64,000 nucleotides of DNA from Patescibacteria group bacterium (GCA_018971685.1 JAGXAG010000003.1:24366-88365); one strand, 5' to 3'. Shown: positions 41,892 to 51,633, counted from the first letter of the stretch. Notes: generated from the sequence alone by a model not told the origin. Program-made: numbers and translations.

Positions 41892-43187
41892 ATGTCGAAA
41901 TTCCAAATAACAGTTATCGGTATCTTCATAGTCGCAATAATCGCCGGAGTGGCAGTCTTCGCTACTTACAAAGGTGCGGGAAGTTCAAGCACCCAACTGC
42001 CGCCCATAACGGTTTGGGGAACTTTTCCGGCGGACACTTTCAACAATTATGTTGCAAAAATAAACCAAACGCTGTCCGCGCCATTGGGCATTACCTATGT
42101 GCAAAAAAGCCAGTCGGCATTTTCGGACGACTTCGTCAGAGCGTTGGCGGTTGGGCAGGGGCCTGATGCCATTTTGGTGCCGGCGGACATGCTTCTGCCG
42201 CAAATGAACAAGATAACGCCGATACCTTATACCGCCTTGTCGCAGAGAACATTCATGGACTCGTACATCAACGAAGCGCAGATTTATCTTTCCAATAATG
42301 GCGCATTGGCGGTTCCATTTGTGATTGACCCGCTGGTGATGTATTGGAACAAGGACATGTTCGCGGCGGCCGGCCTGGCATCATATCCCAAGTATTGGGA
42401 CGAATTCACGGCCTTAAATAAAACGCTGACGCAAAAAGACCAAAACGGCAATATCAGGCGCTCGGCGATTGCTATGGGCGACTTTAACACGGTTCTTAAC
42501 GCTCGCGAACTTCTAGGTACACTATTCCTTCAGTCCGGCAACACCGTGACTTCCATAAGCTCTACCGGCGCGGTTACTAGCGCGCTTTCAAATTCCGGAC
42601 CGACAAATCTGTCATCAGCACTTCAATATTTTACACAATTTGTCAATCCGAACAGTTCGAATTATTCTTGGAATGGCGGAATGACTGATTCGAAAACAGC
42701 ATTTCTTTCGGGCACGCTGGCGACTTATTTTGGTTTTGCTTCGGAATTGGGCGACATTAGAGCCAAGAATCCAAACCTGAATTTTGATGTCGCGCCTATA
42801 CCGCAATGGCGTTCTGGCGGCCAAAAAGCTACTTACGGACGCATGTATGGATTTTCATTAGTGCGCGCCTCATCCAACCAAAACGCCGCTTATCAGACTA
42901 TCGCCATTTTGACCAACCAGGCCAATCTTTCCATGTTGTCCCAGATGACTTATCTGCCGCCGGTCAGTTCGTCCTTGATAGCTCAAGGATCTTCTGATCC
43001 GTATATGACGATCTTTGACCAAGCGGCGCTCATTTCCCGCACCTGGTTTGATGCCGACCAAGCGCAGTCGTATCAGATATTCGGCAATATGGTTAACGCC
43101 GTCGTGAGCGGCGCCAAGAATGCGAGTGACGCGATCAATGACGCTTCGGATCAGTATAATGTGGTGTTGGGGCAGGCGACGCAGTGA
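41892..43187 (+). CDS. Extracellular solute-binding protein (family 1, sugar-type), membrane anchored
   Basis: N-terminal TM, ITVWG, G.GPD, P...D.L.MYWNKDMF, P..WDEF, NFDVAPIPQ. Confidence 0.85.
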   Translation: MSKFQITVIGIFIVAIIAGVAVFATYKGAGSSSTQLPPITVWGTFPADTFNNYVAKINQTLSAPLGITYVQKSQSAFSDDFVRALAVGQGPDAILVPADMLLPQMNKITPIPYTALSQRTFMDSYINEAQIYLSNNGALAVPFVIDPLVMYWNKDMFAAAGLASYPKYWDEFTALNKTLTQKDQNGNIRRSAIAMGDFNTVLNARELLGTLFLQSGNTVTSISSTGAVTSALSNSGPTNLSSALQYFTQFVNPNSSNYSWNGGMTDSKTAFLSGTLATYFGFASELGDIRAKNPNLNFDVAPIPQWRSGGQKATYGRMYGFSLVRASSNQNAAYQTIAILTNQANLSMLSQMTYLPPVSSSLIAQGSSDPYMTIFDQAALISRTWFDADQAQSYQIFGNMVNAVVSGAKNASDAINDASDQYNVVLGQATQ

Positions 43188-43203
43188 TTTGCGATTTACG
43201 AAT

Positions 43204-43557
43204 ATGGCGACATTAAATCCATTTGATCCACATTTCAAACTATCGGTATGCGATGGGCCTGCTGGTGCACCCGGAGTAACGACTCCCTGTGATTTCGCCG
43301 GACTGATGGCCCAGGCGCAATTTCTCATAAATGCCATGATCATACTGGGCGTTTTGGCGGCTGTCGTCAGCTTTACTTATGCCGGATATCTGTACATTAC
43401 CGGCGAAAGGGGCAAAATCGAGCACGCCAAGGACATCTTCCGCAAAACCGGCATTGGGCTTATAATGATGCTAACTGCCTGGTTTATCGTCTATCAGCTC
43501 TTGAGCTGGCTCGCCAGCAATCCAGGCGTGACGGCGCTGTTAGGGAGTCCGAATTAA
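43204..43557 (+). CDS. VirB2/TrbC-like pilin 1
   Basis: C...C N-terminus, TM-AGYLYITG...KIEHAK-TM hairpin. Confidence 0.75.
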   Translation: MATLNPFDPHFKLSVCDGPAGAPGVTTPCDFAGLMAQAQFLINAMIILGVLAAVVSFTYAGYLYITGERGKIEHAKDIFRKTGIGLIMMLTAWFIVYQLLSWLASNPGVTALLGSPN

Positions 43558-43569
43558 CATATAATTCAA

Positions 43570-44043
43570 ATGAATTTTCAGTACAAAAAATTATTAGTTG
43601 CCGGCCTGGCACTATTTGCCGCAACGGCTTTTACTTGTACCGCAACAGCTAAGACAAGTGGCCAAAGCGTTGGCCCGGCCAATACTTCCGGCCAAACAGG
43701 CGGACCAAGTACGCAAACTACGCAGACGGTAACTTTGCAGAACCCTCTTAAAGTCAATTCTGTCGGTGCCGCGATAAGCGAAGGAACGGCGATATTCAGT
43801 TATGTCGCAGTATTGGTTGCTGTTCTGGCTCTTATCTGGGTTGGATTGCAATTTATTCTTGCCAGAGGAAATACCGCCAAAATATCTGAATTGAAAAATT
43901 GGCTATGGGCCATAGTCGTCGGTATCGCTATAGTCATAGGCGCGCGCATAATAATACAAATTGTGGTAAACACTTTGGGCGCTACCAATCTGATAAACCA
44001 GAATGTAATACAAAGCGCCAGTCAAGTTATTAACGGCCAATAA
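43570..44043 (+). CDS. VirB2/TrbC-like pilin 2
   Basis: Signal peptide, LQNPL, G..FILARGN..K, WAIVG. Confidence 0.8.
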   Translation: MNFQYKKLLVAGLALFAATAFTCTATAKTSGQSVGPANTSGQTGGPSTQTTQTVTLQNPLKVNSVGAAISEGTAIFSYVAVLVAVLALIWVGLQFILARGNTAKISELKNWLWAIVVGIAIVIGARIIIQIVVNTLGATNLINQNVIQSASQVINGQ

Positions 44044-44065
44044 AATTATAAATTAATAAAATAAA

Positions 44066-44476
44066 ATGAAAAAAAACTTTCGTCTTGCCGTTTCTGCAAT
44101 CGTCGTCTCAATACCGTTTGTCGTATTTGCACAGACAAAGACAAATACTCTAAGCGATCTAATATCCCTGGTGACAAGCTACCTAAACAAGATATTACTC
44201 CTGCTTATGGGCTTCGCCGTAGTACTTTTCGTGTATTACATCATCCAATATTTTCTCAGACCGGCGGAAAAGAGAGCGGAAGGCGCGAAATATCTTATGT
44301 GGAGCATTACAGGTTTTTTTGTGATTTTATCTTTCTGGGGGATAGTCAATGTATTACAGAATACTTTCAACCTGAACAGCAATCGTCCGTCTTCATGGAG
44401 TGATTTCTTCAACATATTTCCGACGAATACAGGTACCAATACAAGCGGTAGCAGTCTCTATAGCGGTAATCAATAA
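44066..44476 (+). CDS. VirB2/TrbC-like pilin 3
   Basis: Signal ..P.VVFAQ, KRAEGAKY.MW...GFFVILSFWGIVN. Confidence 0.8.
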   Translation: MKKNFRLAVSAIVVSIPFVVFAQTKTNTLSDLISLVTSYLNKILLLLMGFAVVLFVYYIIQYFLRPAEKRAEGAKYLMWSITGFFVILSFWGIVNVLQNTFNLNSNRPSSWSDFFNIFPTNTGTNTSGSSLYSGNQ

Positions 44477-44482
44477 ACAGCC

Positions 44483-44938
44483 ATGCCTCCAATAAACCAG
44501 ATAAACAATGCCAATGATGTAGTGAAATTCCTGGTATCAGTGGGTAATGTGATTATTTACTTACTTATCGCCGCAGCCGTGGTTTTCATTGTCTGGAATA
44601 CAGTTGTCTATTTCGTGAGAGGTAAACAGGGCGATGAGAACCGCAAAGAAGCCGGCCAGCACATTATGTGGGGCATAATAGGGCTAGCCATCATCTTGTC
44701 GGTTTGGGGATTGGTAAACATCGTGCTGAATACTTTTGTGACTAATAATAATGTTCCTACCAATAAATTTCCTACAGCTGATTTCATCAATAATAACCAA
44801 AACACCGGCTCGAGCGGCTTTAGCGGAAGTTATCAGAATCAGGTCTTGCCTCCGGCGGCCGGAATACCAGATCAGATGAATTATGGCAATCAGCCGCCTA
44901 CAAGCACCTTGCCTCCGGCGGCCAACTATCCGAATTAA
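44483..44938 (+). CDS. VirB2/TrbC-like pilin 4
   Basis: GNVIIYLLIAAAV, RKEA...MWGIIGLAIILSVWGLVN, Pro/Asn-rich tail. Confidence 0.8.
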   Translation: MPPINQINNANDVVKFLVSVGNVIIYLLIAAAVVFIVWNTVVYFVRGKQGDENRKEAGQHIMWGIIGLAIILSVWGLVNIVLNTFVTNNNVPTNKFPTADFINNNQNTGSSGFSGSYQNQVLPPAAGIPDQMNYGNQPPTSTLPPAANYPN

Positions 44939-45039
44939 TGATGTTAAAAGTAATCCACAGAACGATCCTTGTGTCGTAAAGCAGATAAGTTGTATCATTA
45001 AACAGTAAATATTATTATCAATAATTAGAGATTCATAAC

Positions 45040-45432
45040 ATGAAAAAATTAATTGCAGCTATCATTTCGTTTTCTCCAGCCCTGGCCATGGCGCAGACGG
45101 CGCCGATCACAGATGTCAATTCCCTGACATACAAACTGATCGGCATAGGCAATGTCATTTTGTATTTGCTTATTGCCGCGGCGGTCATCTTCATCGTCTG
45201 GAATATAGTGATGGTTCTCATAAAAGGGTCCGATCCCGAAGCAAAGAGCGGCGCATGGAAAAATGTCGGATGGGGCGTAGTGGGCTTGGCGATCATATTG
45301 TCCATCTGGGGTTTGGTCAACATACTGACAAATACTTTCCGTACGACTCCCACTTATCAAGCAATCCCGAATATCGGGAACAATGTGAGCAACGGCGGTA
45401 TTCCTGCCAATCAGATGCCGGTGGTCCAATAG
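45040..45432 (+). CDS. VirB2/TrbC-like pilin 5
   Basis: Signal MKK..P.LAMAQ, GNVILYLLIAAAV, WGVVGLAIILSIWGLVN. Confidence 0.8.
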   Translation: MKKLIAAIISFSPALAMAQTAPITDVNSLTYKLIGIGNVILYLLIAAAVIFIVWNIVMVLIKGSDPEAKSGAWKNVGWGVVGLAIILSIWGLVNILTNTFRTTPTYQAIPNIGNNVSNGGIPANQMPVVQ

Positions 45433-45433
45433 C

Positions 45434-45733
45434 ATGTCTGGCCTGCTGTCATATTTTGTACCTCGAGCGAACGCGGCCGTAGATGCGGCCGCGTTCGGCA
45501 AAGTGCTCGATCCGGTGATAACCAATATCGTCAATCCGATCATTGAATTGCTTTTTGCTGTAGGCATATTTGTATTTGCTTTCGGTATTGTGGAAATGAT
45601 TGCCCACGGCGATGATTCGACTGCGCGGGAAAAAGGCAGGTGGCATATGCTTTACGGAGCGATAGGGATGTTCATCATGCTCTCGGCCTGGGGGATCATA
45701 CATTTGATAGCTAATACGGTGAAAAGCATTTGA
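45434..45733 (+). CDS. VirB2/TrbC-like pilin 6
   Basis: IVNPII.LLF, AREKGR.HMLYG.IGMFIM.SAWGII. Confidence 0.8.
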   Translation: MSGLLSYFVPRANAAVDAAAFGKVLDPVITNIVNPIIELLFAVGIFVFAFGIVEMIAHGDDSTAREKGRWHMLYGAIGMFIMLSAWGIIHLIANTVKSI

Positions 45734-45760
45734 ATTAATTTTTGTATTTTACGCAAGAAT

Positions 45761-45791
45761 AAAAAGCCGCGTGCAGAATGCGCGCGGCTTT
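45761..45791. terminator. Bidirectional intrinsic terminator
   Basis: AAAAAGCCGCGTGCA-GAA-TGCGCGCGGCTTT between convergent genes. Confidence 0.75.
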
Positions 45792-45800
45792 GTGGGTGGC

Positions 45801-46280
45801 CTACTTTACCCAGATCCTGATCATTACCGGACCCTTCGCAGAGTCAATGTCTTTCGCGGTCATCTGGAACCTTTTGATTCCGGAGGTTGTAAAGTGCGAC
45901 CCTGGTTCGACAATATGGTCAACAGCGTGGTTGTCCAAATCGATGACATGGATTTCATCTGCCCACCCGTTCTCAACCCTGAAATACCAATCCATGTCGT
46001 TTGGTATTTCAAAGATCTTTGATGGTTCGGAAGTCAGCGTAATTACGACAGATTTGCCGTTTCCGATAATCCGCTTTTTGTCTTCATCGCCAATGCTACC
46101 AGAACTGGTGGTTCTGAAATAACTTACAGCGACAACAAACAAAACGAACATGATGATCAGGCCGACTTTCTTCGACGGAGTGTCGTAATACTTCCGCCAT
46201 TTACTGCCACCGGAAGACGGAGCCGTGCCACCTAATGGCTTACCGCCGAACTCCTCGTTCACTATGAATGTGTCTGCCAT
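45801..46280 (-). CDS. Hypothetical single-TM protein
   Basis: SD GAGGTG, TM helix, beta-rich C-terminal domain. Confidence 0.7.
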   Translation of the reverse strand: MADTFIVNEEFGGKPLGGTAPSSGGSKWRKYYDTPSKKVGLIIMFVLFVVAVSYFRTTSSGSIGDEDKKRIIGNGKSVVITLTSEPSKIFEIPNDMDWYFRVENGWADEIHVIDLDNHAVDHIVEPGSHFTTSGIKRFQMTAKDIDSAKGPVMIRIWVK

Positions 46281-46289
46281 GGTACACCT

Positions 46290-47267
46290 CTATTTCTTGT
46301 TTTTGTCTTCTTTTTTCTTGCTACCGAATAAGTTTTCTGGAATGAATCCACCAACACTTTGCAGGTTCTCCAAACCGCTTACATCAAAGACCTTGAATTC
46401 CGCCTTACCGTCGATTGCCAACAGAGCATTCAGTGCTTGCTTGCCGGTTATCGGTTTATCTTCTGTCTTACCGGCTTCGACAAGAGCTTTTACAGCTTCT
46501 CCGCTTTTTTTCGCTATCGCTTGAAGTTCGGCGGCGTGTTGGAATTCGTCACTGAGTGTTATGTTTCTGATTGTAAGTTCGGATGTAGCCAGACCACACC
46601 GCTTTTCTGTAGGGTGGGATTTATGGTCCCCGCCATAAATGTCTCCGAACCACTTATCCAACTCGTTCATATGTTGTATGGCGTTTTCCTGATTGACACC
46701 ACGGAGTTTCGCTTGTAACTGGCTTTCCGTGCCGGCAACAAGTATTTGCCGAGACTCGTCTTCGGTATTCCTTACCAGATTACACAAGAAACCTCGCAAT
46801 GCTTTTAACACCATTACATAACTCACTGTGAGCTTAATGTTATCCAGTGAATATGCAGTAATTGGTTTATCTATCGTGAACTGTCTACGCAGATCTACGA
46901 AGATTGCATTTTGCCAAGGCCATTTCGGATGCAGGCCCGGCCCGACTTCTTCCAGCATCCTTGTCTTTCCCAGATCCATTGGATCGGAATCTGTCGCAGG
47001 CTTCTTGTAGCTCAAGAACCTATTGGACAATACTGCGCCGTGAAAATCGGCCACATTTGCGGTGAAAAGGTTAATGCCTCTCACAAAACAAATGATTATC
47101 GTCCAAAAGGCGGTTGCAAGTATCAAGGACCAAACGGTGGTTAATCCTTGGAACAGCAACCCGAATCCCACCGACAATAAAGTGATTGCCACAAGCTGTT
47201 GAGCTCCTACAGCAACCCACATCATTGTCTCCCTAGCGTTACTTCTGCACATATCTTCATCGTTCAT
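46290..47267 (-). CDS. SPFH/band-7-like membrane protein
   Basis: Two N-terminal TMs, GPGLH.KWPWQ, SLDNIKL, G.....LTIRNI.L. Confidence 0.6.
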   Translation of the reverse strand: MNDEDMCRSNARETMMWVAVGAQQLVAITLLSVGFGLLFQGLTTVWSLILATAFWTIIICFVRGINLFTANVADFHGAVLSNRFLSYKKPATDSDPMDLGKTRMLEEVGPGLHPKWPWQNAIFVDLRRQFTIDKPITAYSLDNIKLTVSYVMVLKALRGFLCNLVRNTEDESRQILVAGTESQLQAKLRGVNQENAIQHMNELDKWFGDIYGGDHKSHPTEKRCGLATSELTIRNITLSDEFQHAAELQAIAKKSGEAVKALVEAGKTEDKPITGKQALNALLAIDGKAEFKVFDVSGLENLQSVGGFIPENLFGSKKKEDKNKK

Positions 47268-47963
47268 GGTGACCTTGTTGTTGTGAACCTCTCAAATCTT
47301 GGGAGGTTCCGGTTTAGAATGTCAATGCGGTGCTCATACGAGAACCGCGAACAAGTTTAATTAAAAATTAGCATCTTTTATTAGAAATGTCAAATTTTGC
47401 AAAAATACTAATCTTCACAGATTCACTTGGCAGATAATGCTGCTCGACATTGCACGAGAAATAGGAACCTTTTGGAAGACTAATAAAGCCCATATTTGGC
47501 TACCAAATATCAAGCAGGGTTTCTTTGGAATTACGAGGCCGACTGAGGCTGAGATGGCGAAGTGTTGCTAGTCTTTCAGAGAGATAACTTGAAGGCCTTT
47601 ATCATCAATATCTTGTCGTGGCCAAAACTTTGTAAGATCGTCTATCTTCCACTTACCAACATAGCCCACTTGTGGTCCTGATATGACGGATAAAAAGGCC
47701 GAAAAAACGGCTATCATTAGTCTCAAAGAAGATACCACGCAGTTTCCCGAAGTAACGGGAAATTTACGGGAAGAAAATATCAAATTGGATACCACGCAGT
47801 TGCCATAAAATGAGTTAACCCTGGAAGACATATCCAAGGAAGATATAGGACTAGGAAACGCAACATTATGAATAAATTTCCAATAATCTTAGGAGTAATA
47901 AAAGTTAAACCCCACTCAGCCGAAGCCTTGTGGGGTTTGTGTTCGAGATTGTCGAACAGGTGT

Positions 47964-48279
47964 TTACTTGCGAGAACGACTGGCACTCGCACCGCTGCTA
48001 CCGAGGGAGGACCCTGCGCCGAGCAGGAAGCCGAAGTTATACCATCCGCCGTTGTTGCGGATTTCATAAATGCTTACATTATCCGAAAACAACGGGACGA
48101 TAAACATGATCGGGCAGATCATGCCATGCCAGAGGCCGCGCCAGAAACCGGCGATGTTGCCGACTTCGTTAGCCGTATGGACCCGAGGGATTGTGTCCCG
48201 CAGCGCAACCGGCCATGAAGCGGCATCAAATATCAAGCAATAAAAGACAAAACCCACAAAATGTGAGGTTTCGTCACTA
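47964..48279 (-). pseudogene. Frameshifted small lipoprotein-like membrane gene
   Basis: Conserved-looking C-terminus AGFWRGLWHG..VSIYE..NNGGWYNFGFLLG; lipobox MAGCAAGHNPS lies in another frame. Confidence 0.55.
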
Positions 48280-48334
48280 GGGCTTTGCATAGAGCTAGAA
48301 ACTGCCAACCAGATATGTGATAGTCAGTAGATGT

Positions 48335-48377
48335 AAAACAAAAGAGCGCGGGGCATTCCGAAGAATGCACACCGCGC
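48335..48377 (-). terminator. Intrinsic terminator
   Basis: GCGCGG.GCATTC-CGAA-GAATGC..CCGCGC with A-tract on the left. Confidence 0.6.
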
Positions 48378-48391
48378 CCGTGAATCCGATG

Positions 48392-49873
48392 TCACCAACG
48401 ATCGAATTTCAATCGAAGCGTTGATGATTGGACTCCCGGCCTAAGCCGGAGTCGTAGCTCCTTGTGAGGTATTCTGCCTGTGGGCTTAACCTCACCCGAA
48501 GTCGGTTGTACGATTTTCCCGTCAAGGGCTGCATCGTACTGATCCGCATTGGCACTCATGTGAATGCCAAGTCCCCAGCCGTTGGGGATGACGACTTCTA
48601 CATCGTCTCCTGCGTAGACTGTAGTCTCCGGGAGCGTGAAGCCGTCTATACCGCTATCCACCAAGCACTGTGCCGGCTTTATCACCCTCGTTGGTCCGAA
48701 GTCTTTCGGCCACTGTTTGGCGGTCGTTTGATTATCACCGACCGATGTCGGAGTCGAACCACTGCGCCGTGCCGGTTCGCCATTGATCATGACAACATTG
48801 CTGTTGCCGCTGATCACGACATTGCCGTGTCCGACGACGATGAAGTTACCGTTGCCGTCAACACTACCGCCTGTGTTCGATGGAATAGGTGATGGCGCCG
48901 GCGTCACCACTGATGCTGTTGCAGGACCGGCGTTACTCACTTTGCTCGCCTTTTTCGTGAGCCTGTCTTTAATCGACAGGGCGAGTAACACGATTATTCC
49001 ACATGCCGTTATACCAACCAACGGACCAAACCACCCTGTCCCAACTACTTTTTGTAGTTTTTTGGTCATGCCACGGACTAACCAGTGGGACTCTTCTTTT
49101 TGTTGTTCTGTAGTCGGAGGTACCGGTGGAACCGTTGGGGTAGGCGCCGGTGCAGGCGTCGGTTGCGGTATCGGCTTCCTGGAAGCCAGTTTTGCCGTTT
49201 CAGCCGCGTGATGTCTCCGAAGCTCGGAAACAACCTCCTGCAGCTTGTCCCATTCCGGGTTTGCGTTGGACGCCTTGAACGAGTCGATTTGCAGTCCCAT
49301 TTCGTCCATCGCCACCGCCATATCGTTCAGCATCCTTCCGGATGGGATGATAGTTCCCGCTTCGATTTTCATGAGGTTATCCCTAATCCTTTTGAGGCGG
49401 GTCTTTATTATGTTGAACTCTGCCGGCAGTTTCTTTGAGGGAGGCGGCACTGGTGGAACCGGTTTTGTCGGTTCCGGCGCGGGAGTTGGCGGTGGAGGAG
49501 TGGGTGGGACGGGAGCCGGTTTTTCAACCGGTTTCTCCGTGAGGATCTTCCCGTCGTTGCTGATCCAGATTTCCTTTTCCCACTTATCCTCACTTCGCAA
49601 TTCGTCTCCGATCAACGCGTAAACTTCCAAGGAATACGCTACGCCCTTTTTCGGATGTCCCGTGTGCCACTTCAAGAACTCAGTGTCCTTGAGAGTGATT
49701 TGCGAGTTGGGCAGGAATTTTTCGACCATGTATGTTCCCGTCGCGGGAACCTTCTCCCCGTTTTTCGCCATAACTGTGATGGCGAAACCTTTTTGTGGCG
49801 GATATTCTGGACCCGCTGGACCTGCCTGGATCCAGAGAGTACCTTCGGTTATCTTGCAATAATCCTCGTTCAC
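48392..49873 (-). CDS. Orphan Pro-rich single-TM protein (493 aa)
   Basis: SD AAAGGAG + GTG, two Pro-rich linkers, helical segment, TM, C-terminal beta domain. Confidence 0.75.
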   Translation of the reverse strand: MNEDYCKITEGTLWIQAGPAGPEYPPQKGFAITVMAKNGEKVPATGTYMVEKFLPNSQITLKDTEFLKWHTGHPKKGVAYSLEVYALIGDELRSEDKWEKEIWISNDGKILTEKPVEKPAPVPPTPPPPTPAPEPTKPVPPVPPPSKKLPAEFNIIKTRLKRIRDNLMKIEAGTIIPSGRMLNDMAVAMDEMGLQIDSFKASNANPEWDKLQEVVSELRRHHAAETAKLASRKPIPQPTPAPAPTPTVPPVPPTTEQQKEESHWLVRGMTKKLQKVVGTGWFGPLVGITACGIIVLLALSIKDRLTKKASKVSNAGPATASVVTPAPSPIPSNTGGSVDGNGNFIVVGHGNVVISGNSNVVMINGEPARRSGSTPTSVGDNQTTAKQWPKDFGPTRVIKPAQCLVDSGIDGFTLPETTVYAGDDVEVVIPNGWGLGIHMSANADQYDAALDGKIVQPTSGEVKPTGRIPHKELRLRLRPGVQSSTLRLKFDRW

Positions 49874-49941
49874 TGTTCGCTCCTTTGGTTGAGGCCTCTT
49901 TTGTAGAGGCCTGGGTTTATGTCAAACTACGATTTCACTAC

Positions 49942-49969
49942 ATTATACACTTTTTGACAGAAATGTCAA
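49942..49969 (-). promoter_or_regulatory. Near-consensus sigma70 promoter with palindrome over the -35
   Basis: TTGACA-16-TATAAT on minus strand; TTGACA-GAAA-TGTCAA inverted repeat at 49954-49969. Confidence 0.65.
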
Positions 49970-49980
49970 GAGTATGATTT

Positions 49981-50400
49981 TTACCTTTCGCCGTGCGTCC
50001 AATTGTCGTAATTCCCATAGTTCTCGCGATTTCCGTAATTTCTGTACCCGCCATATCCGTAATCTCTCTGCGGTGTCTGATAGTATCCGTAATATGAACT
50101 TATATTGTATTGGTAAGGATAATAAACCGATGGTGGCGTTGTCGGCGCACAGGGGCATTGGTAGTATGAGTAAGTAGGATAATAAGTGGGGTAATAGTAA
50201 GTCGGATAAGCTTGGTAAGCCTGATAAGCCGGATAAGCCGGATAATAGCCGTATGAACCGTAGTAATAATAATTGCCGTAATCAGCGTTCGCCGATGTGG
50301 GAATTACGGCCCAGAATGTGAAAGCCGCTATTATCGCCGTTAATGTTGCGCCGAGTGTTTTCATACCGTTAATATCATTCATACACCCGAATCGGTGCAA
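49981..50400 (-). CDS. Secreted Tyr-rich low-complexity protein
   Basis: Signal peptide ending SANA, YPA/YQA/YPT and YGN repeats; true start probably MKTLG. Confidence 0.7.
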   Translation of the reverse strand: MHRFGCMNDINGMKTLGATLTAIIAAFTFWAVIPTSANADYGNYYYYGSYGYYPAYPAYQAYQAYPTYYYPTYYPTYSYYQCPCAPTTPPSVYYPYQYNISSYYGYYQTPQRDYGYGGYRNYGNRENYGNYDNWTHGER

Positions 50401-50403
50401 AGT

Positions 50404-50438
50404 AAAGCGCCGCCTCTAGATTAGTCGAGAAGCGGCGC
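50404..50438 (-). terminator. Intrinsic terminator
   Basis: GCGCCGC...GCGGCGC hairpin with short A-tract. Confidence 0.5.
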
Positions 50439-50457
50439 GAGCTAAGGAATTTCACTG

Positions 50458-50904
50458 TCAGTGATATCCGTAGCAATTTCCAATTGGGGATCCTCCACCC
50501 GAATAAACGGGCGGCGCACAGCTGTACCCGTACGGGCCACTGACCCCCACACTTCCGGAGTACCCGTATCCGCCGACAGGGTAACCGTATCCGAATCCGA
50601 CAGCACCATATCCACCGTAATACCCGCCGCCCGACCAGTAGGTCGAGTTCGCCGGGATCGGCTGGATGGTGTGAGACTCGGTCCCCACTGCCACCTCGCT
50701 GTCGTAATGCCGTTGGTACCCTTGAGTCCCCACGAGGGCGAACCCTCGCGAACGGTCTGTGTAGGTGGAATGATCCACCACCGTCCCGTTCGCGTACCGC
50801 ACAATGTCGTTTTTCTTTTCAATGGCATTGTGCTGGTAGGTGGCACAGCCCGTGCCACCGAACACAACCGTAGCGAGGCAAACCGACGAAACCAAATTTT
50901 TCAT
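50458..50904 (-). CDS. Gly/Tyr-rich putative lipoprotein
   Basis: MKNLVSSVCLATVVFGGTGC lipobox-like signal, SD GGAG, GYG-rich C-terminus. Confidence 0.65.
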   Translation of the reverse strand: MKNLVSSVCLATVVFGGTGCATYQHNAIEKKNDIVRYANGTVVDHSTYTDRSRGFALVGTQGYQRHYDSEVAVGTESHTIQPIPANSTYWSGGGYYGGYGAVGFGYGYPVGGYGYSGSVGVSGPYGYSCAPPVYSGGGSPIGNCYGYH

Positions 50905-51032
50905 ACTACAGTTCTCCGATTTCTCCACTGAAGCCGTCTCGAGACAATCCCGAGACTTTTTGAATAGGTTAAACAACCTCAGTGAAGTTCGCTCATAGTA
51001 TATCACAATTATTGTAATTGTCAAATTTGGAG

Positions 51033-51041
51033 TTATCCACA
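51033..51041 (+). promoter_or_regulatory. Perfect DnaA box upstream of the dcw operon
   Basis: TTATCCACA. Confidence 0.5.
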
Positions 51042-51090
51042 GCTCTCCTTGTGGTGTGGATAGTCAATGATGTTGTATTATACCCATTAA

Positions 51091-51115
51091 GTGGGACAGA
51101 GTGGGAGAGGGGCGG
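51091..51115 (+). promoter_or_regulatory. MraZ-binding direct repeats
   Basis: GTGGG 51091, GTGGG 51101, GGCGG 51111 (10-bp period) upstream of mraZ. Confidence 0.7.
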
Positions 51116-51185
51116 AAAACACATTCGTTAAGCGTTTGATGAAAAATCCGCGCACTCATATCACCACTACTCCCGCAAAAGTTTT

Positions 51186-51629
51186 ATGCTCATCGGCGAA
51201 TTCAGGCATACTATCGACGGCAAAAATCGCCTATCCCTTCCCGCCAAATTTCGGCAGGAAATGGGGAACAAGGTGATTTTGACGGGCGGACTCGATAACT
51301 GCTTGTTCGTTTACACGACGGACAGCTGGGAACGAATCACCGCGCGTTTGTCCGGACCAGAATCGTCGATGTTGCAGGCGGACAATCGAAGCTTCAACCG
51401 CTACCTCCTCGGAGGGGCGGTTGAAGCCGAGGTTGACAGTGCCGGCCGCATCCTCGTTCCTCAATATTTGCGTGAACGAGGTAAGCTCGAAAAGGGCAAA
51501 GTTGTCATCGTCGGCGTACGCGACCGCGCTGAAATTTGGGACGAAGATCGTTGGAACGAGTATCGCAAGGGCGTTGAACAGCGCGCTGATGCGCTCGCCG
51601 AGAAGCTGGGGCAGGCCGGCGTCATCTAA
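51186..51629 (+). CDS. mraZ: Transcriptional regulator MraZ
   Basis: GEF.HTIDGKNRLSLPAKFR, DSAGRILVP, EIWD. Confidence 0.95.
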   Translation: MLIGEFRHTIDGKNRLSLPAKFRQEMGNKVILTGGLDNCLFVYTTDSWERITARLSGPESSMLQADNRSFNRYLLGGAVEAEVDSAGRILVPQYLRERGKLEKGKVVIVGVRDRAEIWDEDRWNEYRKGVEQRADALAEKLGQAGVI

Positions 51630-51633
51630 CCAG

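Noticed and set aside
49981-50400. Short DNA repeats in the Tyr-rich gene as a DGR or array
   Set aside because: Repeats follow codon-level peptide repeats; no reverse transcriptase or TR/VR pair found.
51033-51041. DnaA box as oriC
   Set aside because: Only one perfect box here, with isolated near-matches at 21821, 44951 and 59852; no cluster and no dnaA/dnaN.
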